DNA of 32,000 bases from Candidatus Saccharimonadota bacterium (GTDB taxonomy: Bacteria > Patescibacteriota > Gracilibacteria > BD1-5 > UBA6164), in NCBI GenBank assembly GCA_963677765.1, contig OY782392.1:660001-692000 (forward strand). The letters are read 5' to 3'. The first letter of the stretch is position 1. Every line of letters starts with the position of its first letter. A program made the position numbers and the translations under genes. The notes under the pieces were generated by a model. The model saw nothing but the letters and a program-made list of their open reading frames with translations. It did no database searches and had not been told where the DNA came from. Positions 1-10,990 of this stretch are shown one piece after another.

Positions 1-1331
<1,331 letters not shown>

Positions 1332-1395
1332 ATATAAGAAAATTAAGTTTTAAATTTTTGTAATTTTTCAACAGTCATTTTTATGACTTGCTAAA

Positions 1396-1423
1396 ATATT
1401 ATCATTTTTTTTATATCTGTCAA
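1396..1423 (-). promoter_or_regulatory. Candidate sigma-70-type promoter for dnaK (TTGACA, 16-nt spacer, TAATAT on the minus strand)
   Basis: On the minus strand the -35 TTGACA is at 1423-1418 and the -10 TAATAT at 1401-1396, about 65 nt upstream of the dnaK ATG. An alternative is TTGCAA (1467-1472) with a TATATA -10 inside the CIRCE spacer. This is a motif match only, in an AT-rich background. Confidence 0.35.
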
Positions 1424-1430
1424 AACTTTT

Positions 1431-1457
1431 TTAGCACTTTTTTATATAGAGTGCTAA
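1431..1457. promoter_or_regulatory. CIRCE element (HrcA operator) upstream of dnaK
   Basis: TTAGCACTT-N9-GAGTGCTAA matches the CIRCE consensus TTAGCACTC-N9-GAGTGCTAA with one mismatch. It lies 100 nt upstream of the dnaK start. Confidence 0.85.
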
Positions 1458-1478
1458 AAATAAAAATTGCAAAATTAA

Positions 1479-1500
1479 AACAGGGTATAAAAACCCTGTT
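1479..1500 (-). terminator. Rho-independent terminator downstream of the 81-aa gene
   Basis: The 8-bp stem aacagggt / accctgtt has a 6-nt loop. On the minus strand it is followed by a T-rich run. It sits between the stop at 1513 and the dnaK promoter region. Confidence 0.6.
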
Positions 1501-1512
1501 ATTTTGCAATGT

Positions 1513-1758
1513 TTAAGCTACTTTTTTACATTCATTTTTTTTCTTTTCTTGTAAATAAGTACTTATTTTAGATTGTATTTTGGACTTTAAATTACATTTT
1601 TTCTTTTTTAACTCACTTGTATTTGAGTATTGTCCTTTTTCATCAATTTCGTTTGAAACTGATTTAAACTCATCTACCATTGCTGCAAAGTCATCATCTT
1701 GTTGTGTTAACTCCTCGATAATATCTGCATTTTCTTTTAAGAAATCTGACTTTCTCAT
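1513..1758 (-). CDS. Small coiled-coil protein, DUF465/YdcH-like (81 aa)
   Basis: Intact ORF in both codes. The sequence MRKSDFLKENADIIEELTQQDDDFAAMVDEFKSVSNEIDEKGQ...ELKKKKCNLKSKIQ resembles the YdcH/DUF465 pattern. It has its own terminator. Confidence 0.6.
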   Translation of the reverse strand: MRKSDFLKENADIIEELTQQDDDFAAMVDEFKSVSNEIDEKGQYSNTSELKKKKCNLKSKIQSKISTYLQEKKKNECKKVA

Positions 1759-2098
1759 TAAATAACTCCTTTTTTTCTGTATTTACTTACAATGATTTTT
1801 TTAATGTAAGTTTTTTATTTATAATATTTTTTTTATTTTAGTCAAATTTTGTTTTTTGTAATTTGTATGTTATAATAATTAAAAGTTATTTATCTAATTA
1901 TTTTTTTATGGAAAATTATGATTTAATAGAAAATAAAGCAGAAGAAGAATATACTAATGAATTTGATAAATATGTTAGCTATTTGGAAAAAAAGAGAAAT
2001 GAAATATGAAATATTATTGATAAATAGTTCTTTTGTGATTGACAAAGTATTATATGTGTATAAATTACATATATAATACTTTTTTATTTTGAAAAAAT

Positions 2099-3781
2099 AT
2101 GTTGAAATTATCGACTTTTCCATTTAAAACTTTGAAATCTAGACCAAAAGTTAGTGATAATGTATCTACTTCTATATTGTTACAATGATCATATATAAGA
2201 CAAGCTATGGCTTGAGCCTATGAATATTTACCAATGTGATATAGAGTTCTTAGAAATATTGAAAATATTGTTAGAGAAGAAATGGATAATGCTGGTTATC
2301 ATGAAATGATAATGACTATATTGACTCCAAGAGATTTATGGGAAACTACTAATAGATGGGAAATTCCAGAATATTTTAAGGTTCCATGATGGTGAAATAC
2401 TGAATATAGAATTTCTCCTACTAATGAAGAAAATGTAACTAATATTTTTAAAGAATATATACAGTCATACAAAGATTTACCTACTTGTGTTTACCATATT
2501 CAAAAAAAATTTAGAAATGAAAAAAGAGCAAAGTCAGGACTTTTGAGATGAAGAGAATTTTTAATGAAAGATGCTTATAGTTTCCATTCAAATATTGATG
2601 ACTTTGAAAAATTCTATGAAGATGTAAAAGATGTTTATATGAGAATTTTTGATAGATTATGAATAGCAAGTGATACTGTTATTGCTGATGCAGATGGTTG
2701 AGCTATTAGTGATAAAAATTCTCATGAATTTCAAACTTATCTTGATATAGGTGAAGATACTATTGTTAGTGATTCTTCAGGTTATTGTTATAATTTAGAA
2801 TTAGCTTCTTGAGTAGCAGATGATAAAAATATCGACGATGAAGAATTAAAAATGGAGTATGTTGATAGTGTTCCTGAAATTATTACTATGGAAAAAATGA
2901 CTTCTTATTTTAATGCTCCATCTTGGCAAATGCTAAAAACGGTTGTATATAAAACAGATTCATGAAAATATTTTTCTATAGTTATACGTTGAGATCTTGA
3001 TGTTAATGAAATAAAGGTTAGAAAATTTGTTTCAAAAAAATATAATGAATGATTTTCTCAAGCAAATGAGGAGGATCTACAAAAATTATGAACAGTTAGA
3101 TGATTTATTACTCCGATAAAAGATTCATGATTAAAAATGGATAATTATTGAGATGAATCATTAAAAACTGCTAAAAATTATTTTGCTTGAGCTAATGAAA
3201 TAGCTAAATCTACAAAAAATGTAAATTTATCTGATTTAGATATTAAAGAATTTGCTGATTTTAATGAACCAAAAGAATGATTTACTTCTGTAAATGTTCC
3301 ATGAGAAAAATTAGTTTTTAAAAAAGCTTGTGAGGTTTGAAATATATTTCATTTATGAGTTAAATATTCAGAACCTTTCGGATTATCATTTCTAGATGAA
3401 AATAATAAAATCAATAATAGAGTAGAAATGTGATGTTATGGTATAGGTGTATCAAGGCTTATGTGAGTTTTAGCTGAATATTTTAAAACTGAAAATGGTA
3501 TATCTTGGCCTGAAAATATAGCTCCATATAATTATTATATAATTGTAATTTGAGAAGATAATTTAGAAAAAGCTCAAAAGATAGCAAAAAAATTAGAATC
3601 TGAATGAAAATCAGTTATCTTAGATGATAGAATGTGAAAAAAAGTATGATTTGGTCAAAAGGCATGAGACTGTGAATTGTTCTGAATTCCTAATAGAATA
3701 GTTATATCTCCAAAAACTATTGAACAATGATGATATGAATTAACAAAAAGAGGAGAGGAATCTCATATTGTTAAGTTTTAA
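2099..3781 (+). CDS. proS: Prolyl-tRNA synthetase (560 aa)
   Basis: I translated all 560 codons by hand with TGA=Gly and found no in-frame TAA or TAG. Class II ProRS motifs are present: LLQGSYIRQAMAGAYEYLPMGYRVLRNIENIVREEMDNAGYHEM, RNEKRAKSGLLRGREFLMKDAYSF, and EMGCYGIGVSRLMGVLAE at the C-terminal end. Confidence 0.95.
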
Positions 3782-3784
3782 AAA

Positions 3785-3811
3785 AACAAGTAGTTTAACT
3801 ACTTGTTTTTT
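3785..3811. terminator. Bidirectional terminator hairpin shared by proS and the convergent cNMP-binding gene
   Basis: The stem aacaagtag / ctacttgtt has a 5-nt loop, a T-run on the plus strand and an A-run upstream. The TAG stop of the minus-strand gene (3799-3801) lies inside the right arm. Confidence 0.7.
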
Positions 3812-4200
3812 AAATTTTGCATTATTCTTTCATAAACAGTTTTTTGAATATCTTTTCAGTTTTTAAATTCTTTTATTATTGTATGTAATAATTCTTTATT
3901 TATTTTTAATAAAACTAAGTCCTCTAGAGCTTTTATAGAAGCAGTTCTATTCTCATCAGTAATTAAAGCTATTTCTCAAAATATTTCTCAAGGATTTATT
4001 ATATTTACTTCTTTTGAATCAATCTCTACAGAAGCTTTTCATTTTTGTATTATATATGCTTCATTGTTTGATTTTTCTCATTGATGAATTATATAATCTC
4101 ATTTTTCTATATTAACTCTTCTTGAATTATCTATAATTTTATTTATTAATTCTATATCTATTCATTGAAATAAATATATGTCTTTTAATTTTAGGTTCAT
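3799..4200 (-). CDS. Stand-alone cyclic-nucleotide-binding domain protein (133 aa)
   Basis: MNLKLKDIYLFQGIDIELINKI...GEIFGEIALITDENRTASIKALEDLVLLKI is the classical cNMP-binding (Crp/PKA-type) phosphate-binding cassette. No HTH or other effector domain follows. Confidence 0.85.
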
Positions 4201-4271
4201 AATTATTATTGTAATAATTTTAAAATATATTATTATGTTAGCATATAATTGAAAAAAATAAAAATATAAAA

Positions 4272-4724
4272 ATGATAAAAATAATAAGTTTTGTAGATAG
4301 TTTTAAACATTATGAACAAGCTATAAAGGAATTCCAAAAAAGACTATGAAAAAGTGTTGATTTTATTAAACTAAAACCTAGTAAAAGAAAAAATATAAAT
4401 GAGATAATTTTGGAGGAATCAAAAATATTATCATCATATTTAGAAAAAGAAAAAGGGTATAAGGTTTTATTATATATTAATTCTGATCAATTGGATACTA
4501 TAGCTTTCCATGAATTAATAGAAAATAAACAAATGACTTATTGAGATATTATTTTTATAATATGATGAGCTTATTGAGTTGATGATAGTTTAATATTACC
4601 TATGGTTGATAAAAAAATATCTTTTTCACCTATGACTTTTCCTCATGCACAAGCTATAATGATGTTATATGAACAAATATATAGAAGTTTTTGTATAAAA
4701 AAATGAACTAATTATCATCATTAA
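4272..4724 (+). CDS. rlmH: 23S rRNA (pseudouridine1915-N3)-methyltransferase RlmH (SPOUT family, 150 aa)
   Basis: The C-terminal signature IIFIIGGAYGVDDSL...ISFSPMTFPHAQAIMMLYEQIYRSFCIKKGTNYHH is typical of RlmH/YbeA. The GGAYG glycines are TGA codons. Confidence 0.9.
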
Positions 4725-4740
4725 TATTTGATAAAATATC

Positions 4741-4780
4741 AAAAACTAATAACATATACAAAAATGTTATTAGTTTTTTT
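4741..4780 (+). terminator. Rho-independent terminator after rlmH
   Basis: Perfect 15-bp stem aaaaactaataacat / atgttattagttttt with an 8-nt loop, followed by Ts. Confidence 0.7.
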
Positions 4781-4812
4781 GTCACTATTTTTTCTTTTTA
4801 TCGTTAATAAAT

Positions 4813-5367
4813 ATGGAGGATTTAAAAATAATGGAGAAGTGTATATCTTGAGATTTAAAATCTTTTTCAAAGATATATGATAAATATATAGATAAAATCT
4901 ATAAGTTTGTTTATTTAAAAACATCAAATAAAGAACTATCAGAAGATATTGTTAGTGATGTTTTTATGAGTGCTATTAATAATATTGATAGTTTTAATGT
5001 CGATAATAGTAAATCAAGTGTTTCTGCTTGGTTATATCGTATTGCAAATAATAAAGTTATTGATTACTATAGATCAAATAAACAAAACTTAGATATATGT
5101 GATTACTTAGATTACTCAATTGATAATGATATAAATAAAGATATTGATAATAAGAATAAATTAAAAGAAATTTATTCTTATTTAGATAGTATCAATGCTG
5201 AACATAAAGATATAGTTATATATAAAATTTGGTATGATATGTCATATAAAGAAATATCAGAATTAACTTGAAAGTCAGTTGATAATTGTAAAAAAATCGT
5301 TAGTAGAACTTTGAAAAATATTAGTGCTAATTTTATTTTAATATTGTTAATATTAATTTTGATATAA
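4813..5367 (+). CDS. ECF-type sigma-70 family RNA polymerase sigma factor (184 aa)
   Basis: Region 2 reads AWLYRIANNKVIDYYR. Region 4 reads IVIYKIWYDMSYKEISELTGKSVDNCKKIVSRTLKNI. The N-terminal GDLKSFSKIYDKYIDKIYKFVY is also typical. An alternative in-frame ATG is at 4831. Confidence 0.85.
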
Positions 5368-5370
5368 ATA

Positions 5371-6150
5371 ATGAAAAAATTTTTAGAAACATTTTTTGAT
5401 GATTTCCCAGATTTATTATCTCAAAAGGAAAAAATAGAAAAACTTGTTTATCTTTTAGAAGAAAGCAGGCCTATTATTGAAGTAGATAAAAAATTTAAAT
5501 CTGATTTAAAAAATAGATTAATTAGTTATTCAAAATTAAAGTCAAAAAATAAGTTTTCTTATTTAAGTTTCTTTGTTCCTGTTTTTTCTTTATGTATTGC
5601 TGTTTTTGGATTTATGTATTTTTCAGATGATTTATTTATACTAAATGATTCTAAAAATATAAATAATTCTTTCTTGGAAGAATCAGTTCAACAAGAATCT
5701 ATTCAACAGGCATCCTTTAAATGAGCTCGTAATATGACTATAGAAAAAGCTTCTTTTGATGAGGAATTTAGTAATGAAGAATCATATATTATGGAAGATA
5801 GTACTTCTTTTAATGATGAACCATTTTTTGAAAAATCTAATATAGAAATAGAGGATTATTCAAATGAATCACTAGATGAAGTAATGCCTATGTGAATGAT
5901 GATGGATTCTTATGTAGAAGAAGATTTAAATGATGATATTTTTGAATCATCATGATGAGAAGATGTTTGAATTCAAATGATGTCTAGTGTAATGGTTGAA
6001 AAAACTGAATTTGAGATTTATTGTGAAGAAATATTATGATCTTATATTTATGATGATAAAAAATGATTTTATTGTGAGTTAGATAATAATATATGTCTTG
6101 AAAATGAATATTATGAAAATGATAATTCTTGTAAATTGTTTTTAAAATAA
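5371..6150 (+). CDS. Putative membrane-anchored anti-sigma factor (259 aa). The assignment rests on context only
   Basis: It starts 4 nt after the sigma gene stop. A ~65-aa cytoplasmic N-domain is followed by a single hydrophobic helix (YLSFFVPVFSLCIAVFGFMYF). Next come a very acidic extracytoplasmic region and a C-terminal 4-Cys segment (YCEE...YCELDNNICLENEYYENDNSC). I recognised no family. Confidence 0.5.
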
Positions 6151-6173
6151 CTTTAAATTTTAATTTTTATATT

Positions 6174-8441
6174 ATGAAAAAAACTATTTTGTCTTTGGTT
6201 TTTTTATCTATGTTTTCTTATGCTAATGCTGCAGTTGAAGATAATTCTATAATTGATGCTCTAAAAGATAAAGAAGCTCAGGTTATTAAAACAGACTTTT
6301 GATTAAAAAGTTTTAATAGTTGTCAAGATATGGAGGATGTTATGTCTAGCTATATAAAAGAGTATTGGAAAAATAATAAATGAAACTTTTATCCTCGTTT
6401 TTGAGGTTGAATAATGGTTGATGATATGGTTATGTTTGATGCTGTCGAATCAGTTGCTGATGTTTGATCTATATCAAAACAATCAGTTTCAAATGAGGTT
6501 TATTCAAATACTGATGATTTTTCAAAAACTAATACTCAAGTAGCATGAGTTGATGAATCTGATATAGTTAAAACTGATTGAAAACATATTTATTATTATA
6601 ATTCAAAAGATAAATATGTTTATATAGTTTGAGTTGATGAAAAAGAAGTTCTAAAAAAGATAAAAGTTCCTTCTAGTTTTTGAAACCCTGTTTTATATTT
6701 ATGAGATAATACTCTTACAATATTATCTACTTGATATACTGATTATGATTATTCAACATCTTGATATTGGTTAAATAGAAATAGTAAAACATTTGTTATT
6801 AGTTTTGATGTTAGTGATGTTAAAAAACCAAAAATGGAAAAACTATACATTGCAGATGGTTATTTAGCTAATTCTAGAAAAATAGGTGATTATGTTTATG
6901 TTATTTCAAATAATAGTTTTAATATACCTTATTATACTTTTAAATCAGAAGATGATATAGATTTTGATTTATCTAAATCTTTTCCTAAAAGTATTGATAT
7001 ATCAAAAACTAATGATAAATCTGAATATAATTTAAGATTAAATTGAAAAACTTATCCTTACAATATAAAAGCATGAAATGTTGCTGATTGTAATGATATT
7101 GAATATGTTTTTCCTGATAGTGATACTTTAAGTGAGTATGATTTTAGTCCTAGTTATAATGTAATATCTGTTATTGATGTAAAAAATCCTAATTCAGAAG
7201 TAAAAACTAATGTTGTTATATGAAGTAACAATGAAATCTATATGAGTACTTCTAACTTATATATGACTTCAAATATGTATAAAACTTATGAATTTAGATG
7301 TCCTGTTAATGCTAGATGTTTTGCTCCATGGTATCCAAGAGGTAATAACACAGTAATACATAAACTAAATATTGACTGACAAAAATTAAGTTATCAAGAC
7401 TCTACTATTGTTCCATGATCTCCACTTACTCAATATAGTATGGACGAATATAAATGAAATTTTAGAATTCTTACAAAAATTACAGCTTGGTCAAATCCTG
7501 AATGAGAAGCTTATACTGATTTATATATATTGGATGAAAACTTAGATTTAGAATGAAGTTTAACAAAACTTTGATTATGAGAAGAATTTAAATCTAGTAG
7601 ATATATTTGAGATAAATTATATTTAATAACTTTTGAACAAGTTGATCCATTATTTGTTATAGATGTTGAAAACCCATCTTCTCCAAAAGTATTATGAGAA
7701 TTAAAAATACCATGATATAGTACATATTTACATCCATATGATGAAAATCATCTTATATGAATTTGATATGATACTATGGAAAATAATTGGGGATGAGTTA
7801 TTAATGCATGAGTAAAAGTAGATTTATATGAAATAGATTTTGATAGAGAGGCTGCTTGAGTTTCATCAAATCAAGAAAATAAATGAGATATTTTTATTCA
7901 ACAAAAATTTACAAAAACATTTTGAGAAAGATGAAGTTATAGTGAGGCATTAAATAATCCAAGAATGTTTATGTGGAATTCAGATAAACAAAAATTATTT
8001 TTACCAGCTACTCTTTATAAAAATGCTGAAGATGATATATATAGAAATATTGATTATTTTAATGGTTTATTAACTATAAATATTGATAAAGATAAATGAA
8101 TTTCTGAAGAGTATAGAATTAGTCATATTGATACAAAATGATTAGAAGAAGAAAGAGTTAAAGAATGTAGTAAATATACATGAAATTCATGAGAAAAATG
8201 TCATACTTTATTAGATTGATCAGAATATTGTGAGCCTGTTTCAAGAACTTATGTACCTAAATATTGTTATAAAGACTCTAGTATTTGAGAGTATATAGCA
8301 TCAAAAAATTGGACATTTAGAGATAGTTTTATTAAAAGAGCTTTATGGATTGGTGATAATAGTTATGCTATTTCAGATAATGAAATTTCATCACATAAAA
8401 TCTCTAACTGATCAGTTAATTATAGTGTTGAACTTAAATAA
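6174..8441 (+). CDS. Secreted beta-propeller domain protein (PF09826-like, 755 aa)
   Basis: Signal peptide MKKTILSLVFLSMFSYANA. The motifs TNTQVAGVDESDIVKTDGKHIYYY and RYIGDKLYLITFEQVDPLFVIDVENPSSPKVLGELKIPGYSTYLHPYDENHLIGIGYD match the secreted beta-propeller family. The frame is consistent with track ORF 6834..7046. Confidence 0.75.
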
Positions 8442-8446
8442 TAAAA

Positions 8447-8477
8447 AAAGAAGCAAAAAAAATGCTTCTTTTTTTGT
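8447..8477 (+). terminator. Rho-independent terminator after the beta-propeller gene
   Basis: The stem aaagaagca / tgcttcttt has an A7 loop and is followed by a T-run. Confidence 0.7.
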
Positions 8478-8532
8478 TGTACAAAAAAAATATGTTAAAT
8501 TATTTATATATAATATTAAAAAATAAATTATT

Positions 8533-9876
8533 ATGAATGATTTAATATTTTCATGAGCTTGACTTGCTATAGGTTTAGCTTGATTGTGAATTGCTATATG
8601 ACAAGGTTTTTTGTTTTATAAGGCTATGGATGTAATAGGGAAAAACCCTAGGTCTTCAGGTTTTTTTCTTACTATAACTATTTTATGAATTGCATTAGTA
8701 GAGTCAGCAGGTATTTATGGTTTAATAATAGCTTTTCAAATACTTAGTGCTTCTTTTATTGATCCATTAACAGCTATATGAGTAGGTTCTGCAATATGAT
8801 TGGCATGATTATGAGTTGGTATATGAGAATGAATTCTTGTATGATCAGCTATAGAAGCTATGAATAGAGATACAGAAAATAGGAATAGAATTCTTACATA
8901 TATGATATTGTTTTTAGCATTAGTAGAGTCAGCTGCTATATATGGGTTAATAATAGCTTTTCAATTGTTAACAAAATTAGAACTATCTCCTTATTTGGCT
9001 ATTTGAGCATGATTATCAATTTGACTTACTTGATTATGAGTTGGTATATGAGAGTGAATATTGTCTTGAAAATCTATTTCACTTATGTCACAAAAGCCTA
9101 ATCAAAAATGATATCTTCTTACATCAACTATATTATGAATTGCCTTAGTTGAAACTGCTGCAATATATTGACTTATAATGTCTTTTTCGATTATTGAATC
9201 AGATTTAATTATTCCTATGTCGGCAATATGAGCTGGGTTGGCTGTTTGACTTGCATGATTATGAGTTTGAATAGGTGAGTGATTATTAGTTTCATGAAGT
9301 TATGAATCAATGTTAACTCATAGGGCTAATAAATCTAAGGTTCTTACATATATGATATTATTTTTAGCTTTAGTAGAATCAGCCGCAATATATGGTTTAA
9401 TCATAGGTTTGCAAATTTTATCTAATTGATCAGTAGAATGATTAGCTTCAATTTGAGCATGATTAGCAATTTGATTAGCATGATTATGAGTAGGTATTTG
9501 AGAATGATTTATGTCTTCTAAATCTATTAAAGTAATTTCTAAAAGACCATCTCTTTCAATGTTTTTTCTTACAATAACTATTCTAGCTATTGCATTAGTA
9601 GAATCAGCAGCTATATATTGACTTATAATATCAATGCAAATTTTGTCTACTAATGAAATTTTATGATTTGCTGCTGTTTGAGCATGATTAGCAATTTGAT
9701 TAGCATGATTATGAGCTTGAGTAGGTGAGTGATTTTTGACATGAGCTTCTTTTGATTCTATTGCTAGAAATCCTAAGGTTAAACAAAGAGTTTTAACATA
9801 TATGATATTATGAGTTGCATTAGTAGAATCAGCTGCAATATATGGTTTAATTATAGCATTTACAATATTGTCTTAG
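8533..9876 (+). CDS. atpE: F-type ATP synthase subunit c as a six-hairpin covalent fusion (447 aa, predicted 12 TM helices), paralog 1
   Basis: Hand translation with TGA=Gly gives one ORF with no TAA or TAG. It contains six tandem copies of G-rich helix 1 (GAGLAIGLAGLGVGIGEG), a polar loop, and helix 2 (LALVESAAIYGLIIAF). The Glu codons at 8701, 8926, 9151, 9376, 9601 and 9826 are exactly 225 nt apart. The gene is invisible in the standard code because TGA is dense. Confidence 0.9.
8533..9876 (+). repeat. Intragenic tandem repeat, 6 units of 225 bp (sub-structured as 3 x 450 bp)
   Basis: The block gcattagtaga(a/g)tcagc(a/t)gc(t/a)atatatgg(t/g)tta and its close variants recur with an exact 225-nt period. 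Odd and even units differ systematically. Confidence 0.9.
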
Positions 9877-9982
9877 CTTATTAAAAAAAGTAAAAAAAAT
9901 AAATTTGATTTTTTTTATTTTAAAAATATTATAGACATAAAAAGCTTTATTTTCTTTTCTTAAGAAATAGCTTATTATAGAG

Positions 9983-10026
9983 AAAAAAGCAAGGTAAAAA
10001 AATATTTTTTTACTTGCTTTTTTTTT
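9983..10026 (+). terminator. Terminator-like hairpin with a T9 tail between the first c6 gene and atpB
   Basis: The stem gcaaggtaaaaaaa / tttttttacttgc (one bulged G) is followed by nine Ts. It lies in a 209-bp intergenic gap, whereas other atp genes are 19-64 bp apart. Confidence 0.55.
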
Positions 10027-10085
10027 GTGTTTCAATATACTTCTCGCGTTTTATTTAATTATGTATAATTTTTTAATACAATAAT

Positions 10086-10952
10086 ATGGACACATTAAAT
10101 ACTTTTTTGTCTGCATATGTTATCTCATGATGAGATGGGCATTCCGCATGACTAAATCCTTATTTTATATGAGTTCTAATTGAGCTTGTACTATTTGGGT
10201 TAATATACTTTTTTATAACAAAAAGGCCTAACTCGTCTTTTTCTGTTATGTTTGACATGTTATATGATAAGGTTTATTCATTTTTTGAAGATATTCTTTG
10301 AACAGAAGAAAAAAGATGGACAAAACTATATATTACATCTATGTTTTTTGTAATATTAATATCAAACTTATTAGGTGTTATTTTAGAAATAGCTTGAGTA
10401 TGATTACCATTTTTACATCATGCAGTATCTATACCTACATCTGATATAAACTTTAATGTTGCTATGGCAATAGTATGAGTTTTAATTGTAATTTATGAAC
10501 AATTTAAATTCTTATGATTTTGAAAAGCTATATACGAATACTTGCCAGTTCTTGGTAAAAATTATATACCTTATGAAAAATGAAATTTAAATAAGTTTAT
10601 AGATTTTCCTTTATTCTTATTGGTTAAAGTTTTTGATATTATAATATCAATATTTTTATGATTATTAGAAATAGTAGGTCATTGAGCTAAAATTATTTCG
10701 TTATCATTTAGGTTATTTGGTAATATTACCTCAGGTTGAATGCTTCTTGCTATGTTATTGGCATGAGTAGAATTGCTTACTTGATCTATATCAGGTTTTG
10801 TAACTGGATTGTTTGGTAATTCTATAGAAGTTAACTTCCCAGTATTAATACCTATAATATTACATTTACAATGATTACTAGTAGCTTTAATACAAGCTTT
10901 AGTTTTTCCACTTTTGATAGCTATATTTATTAAGGTTGCAAAAGTGCACTAA
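10086..10952 (+). CDS. atpB: F-type ATP synthase subunit a (288 aa)
   Basis: It contains the essential-Arg motif ISLSFRLFGNITSGG and a C-terminal helix, LHLQGLLVALIQALVFPLLIAIFI. It is a multi-TM protein, and the start/stop frame is consistent. Confidence 0.93.
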
Positions 10953-10990
10953 TTTTTTAAATTTATAAGATATTTTTTAATAATATATAT

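Noticed and set aside
1908-2027. Possible 39-codon plus-strand ORF (MENYDLIENKAEEEYTNEFDKYVSYLEKKRNEIGNIIDK) in the 340-bp spacer before proS
   Set aside because: It looks helical and plausible. However, it is too short, has no recognisable family, and has no independent signal such as a convincing promoter or conservation that I can assess. I left it unannotated.
5326-5367. Hydrophobic C-terminal tail (ANFILILLILILI) on the ECF sigma as a membrane anchor
   Set aside because: It could simply be AT-rich read-through to the next TAA. Without comparative data I cannot support a functional anchor, so I mention it only as a curiosity.
9847-10035. Track ORF on the minus strand (62 aa) in the c6-1/atpB spacer
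   Set aside because: It overlaps the 3-prime end of c6-1 and the terminator hairpin. It is Lys/Phe-rich AT-driven sequence with no supporting features.
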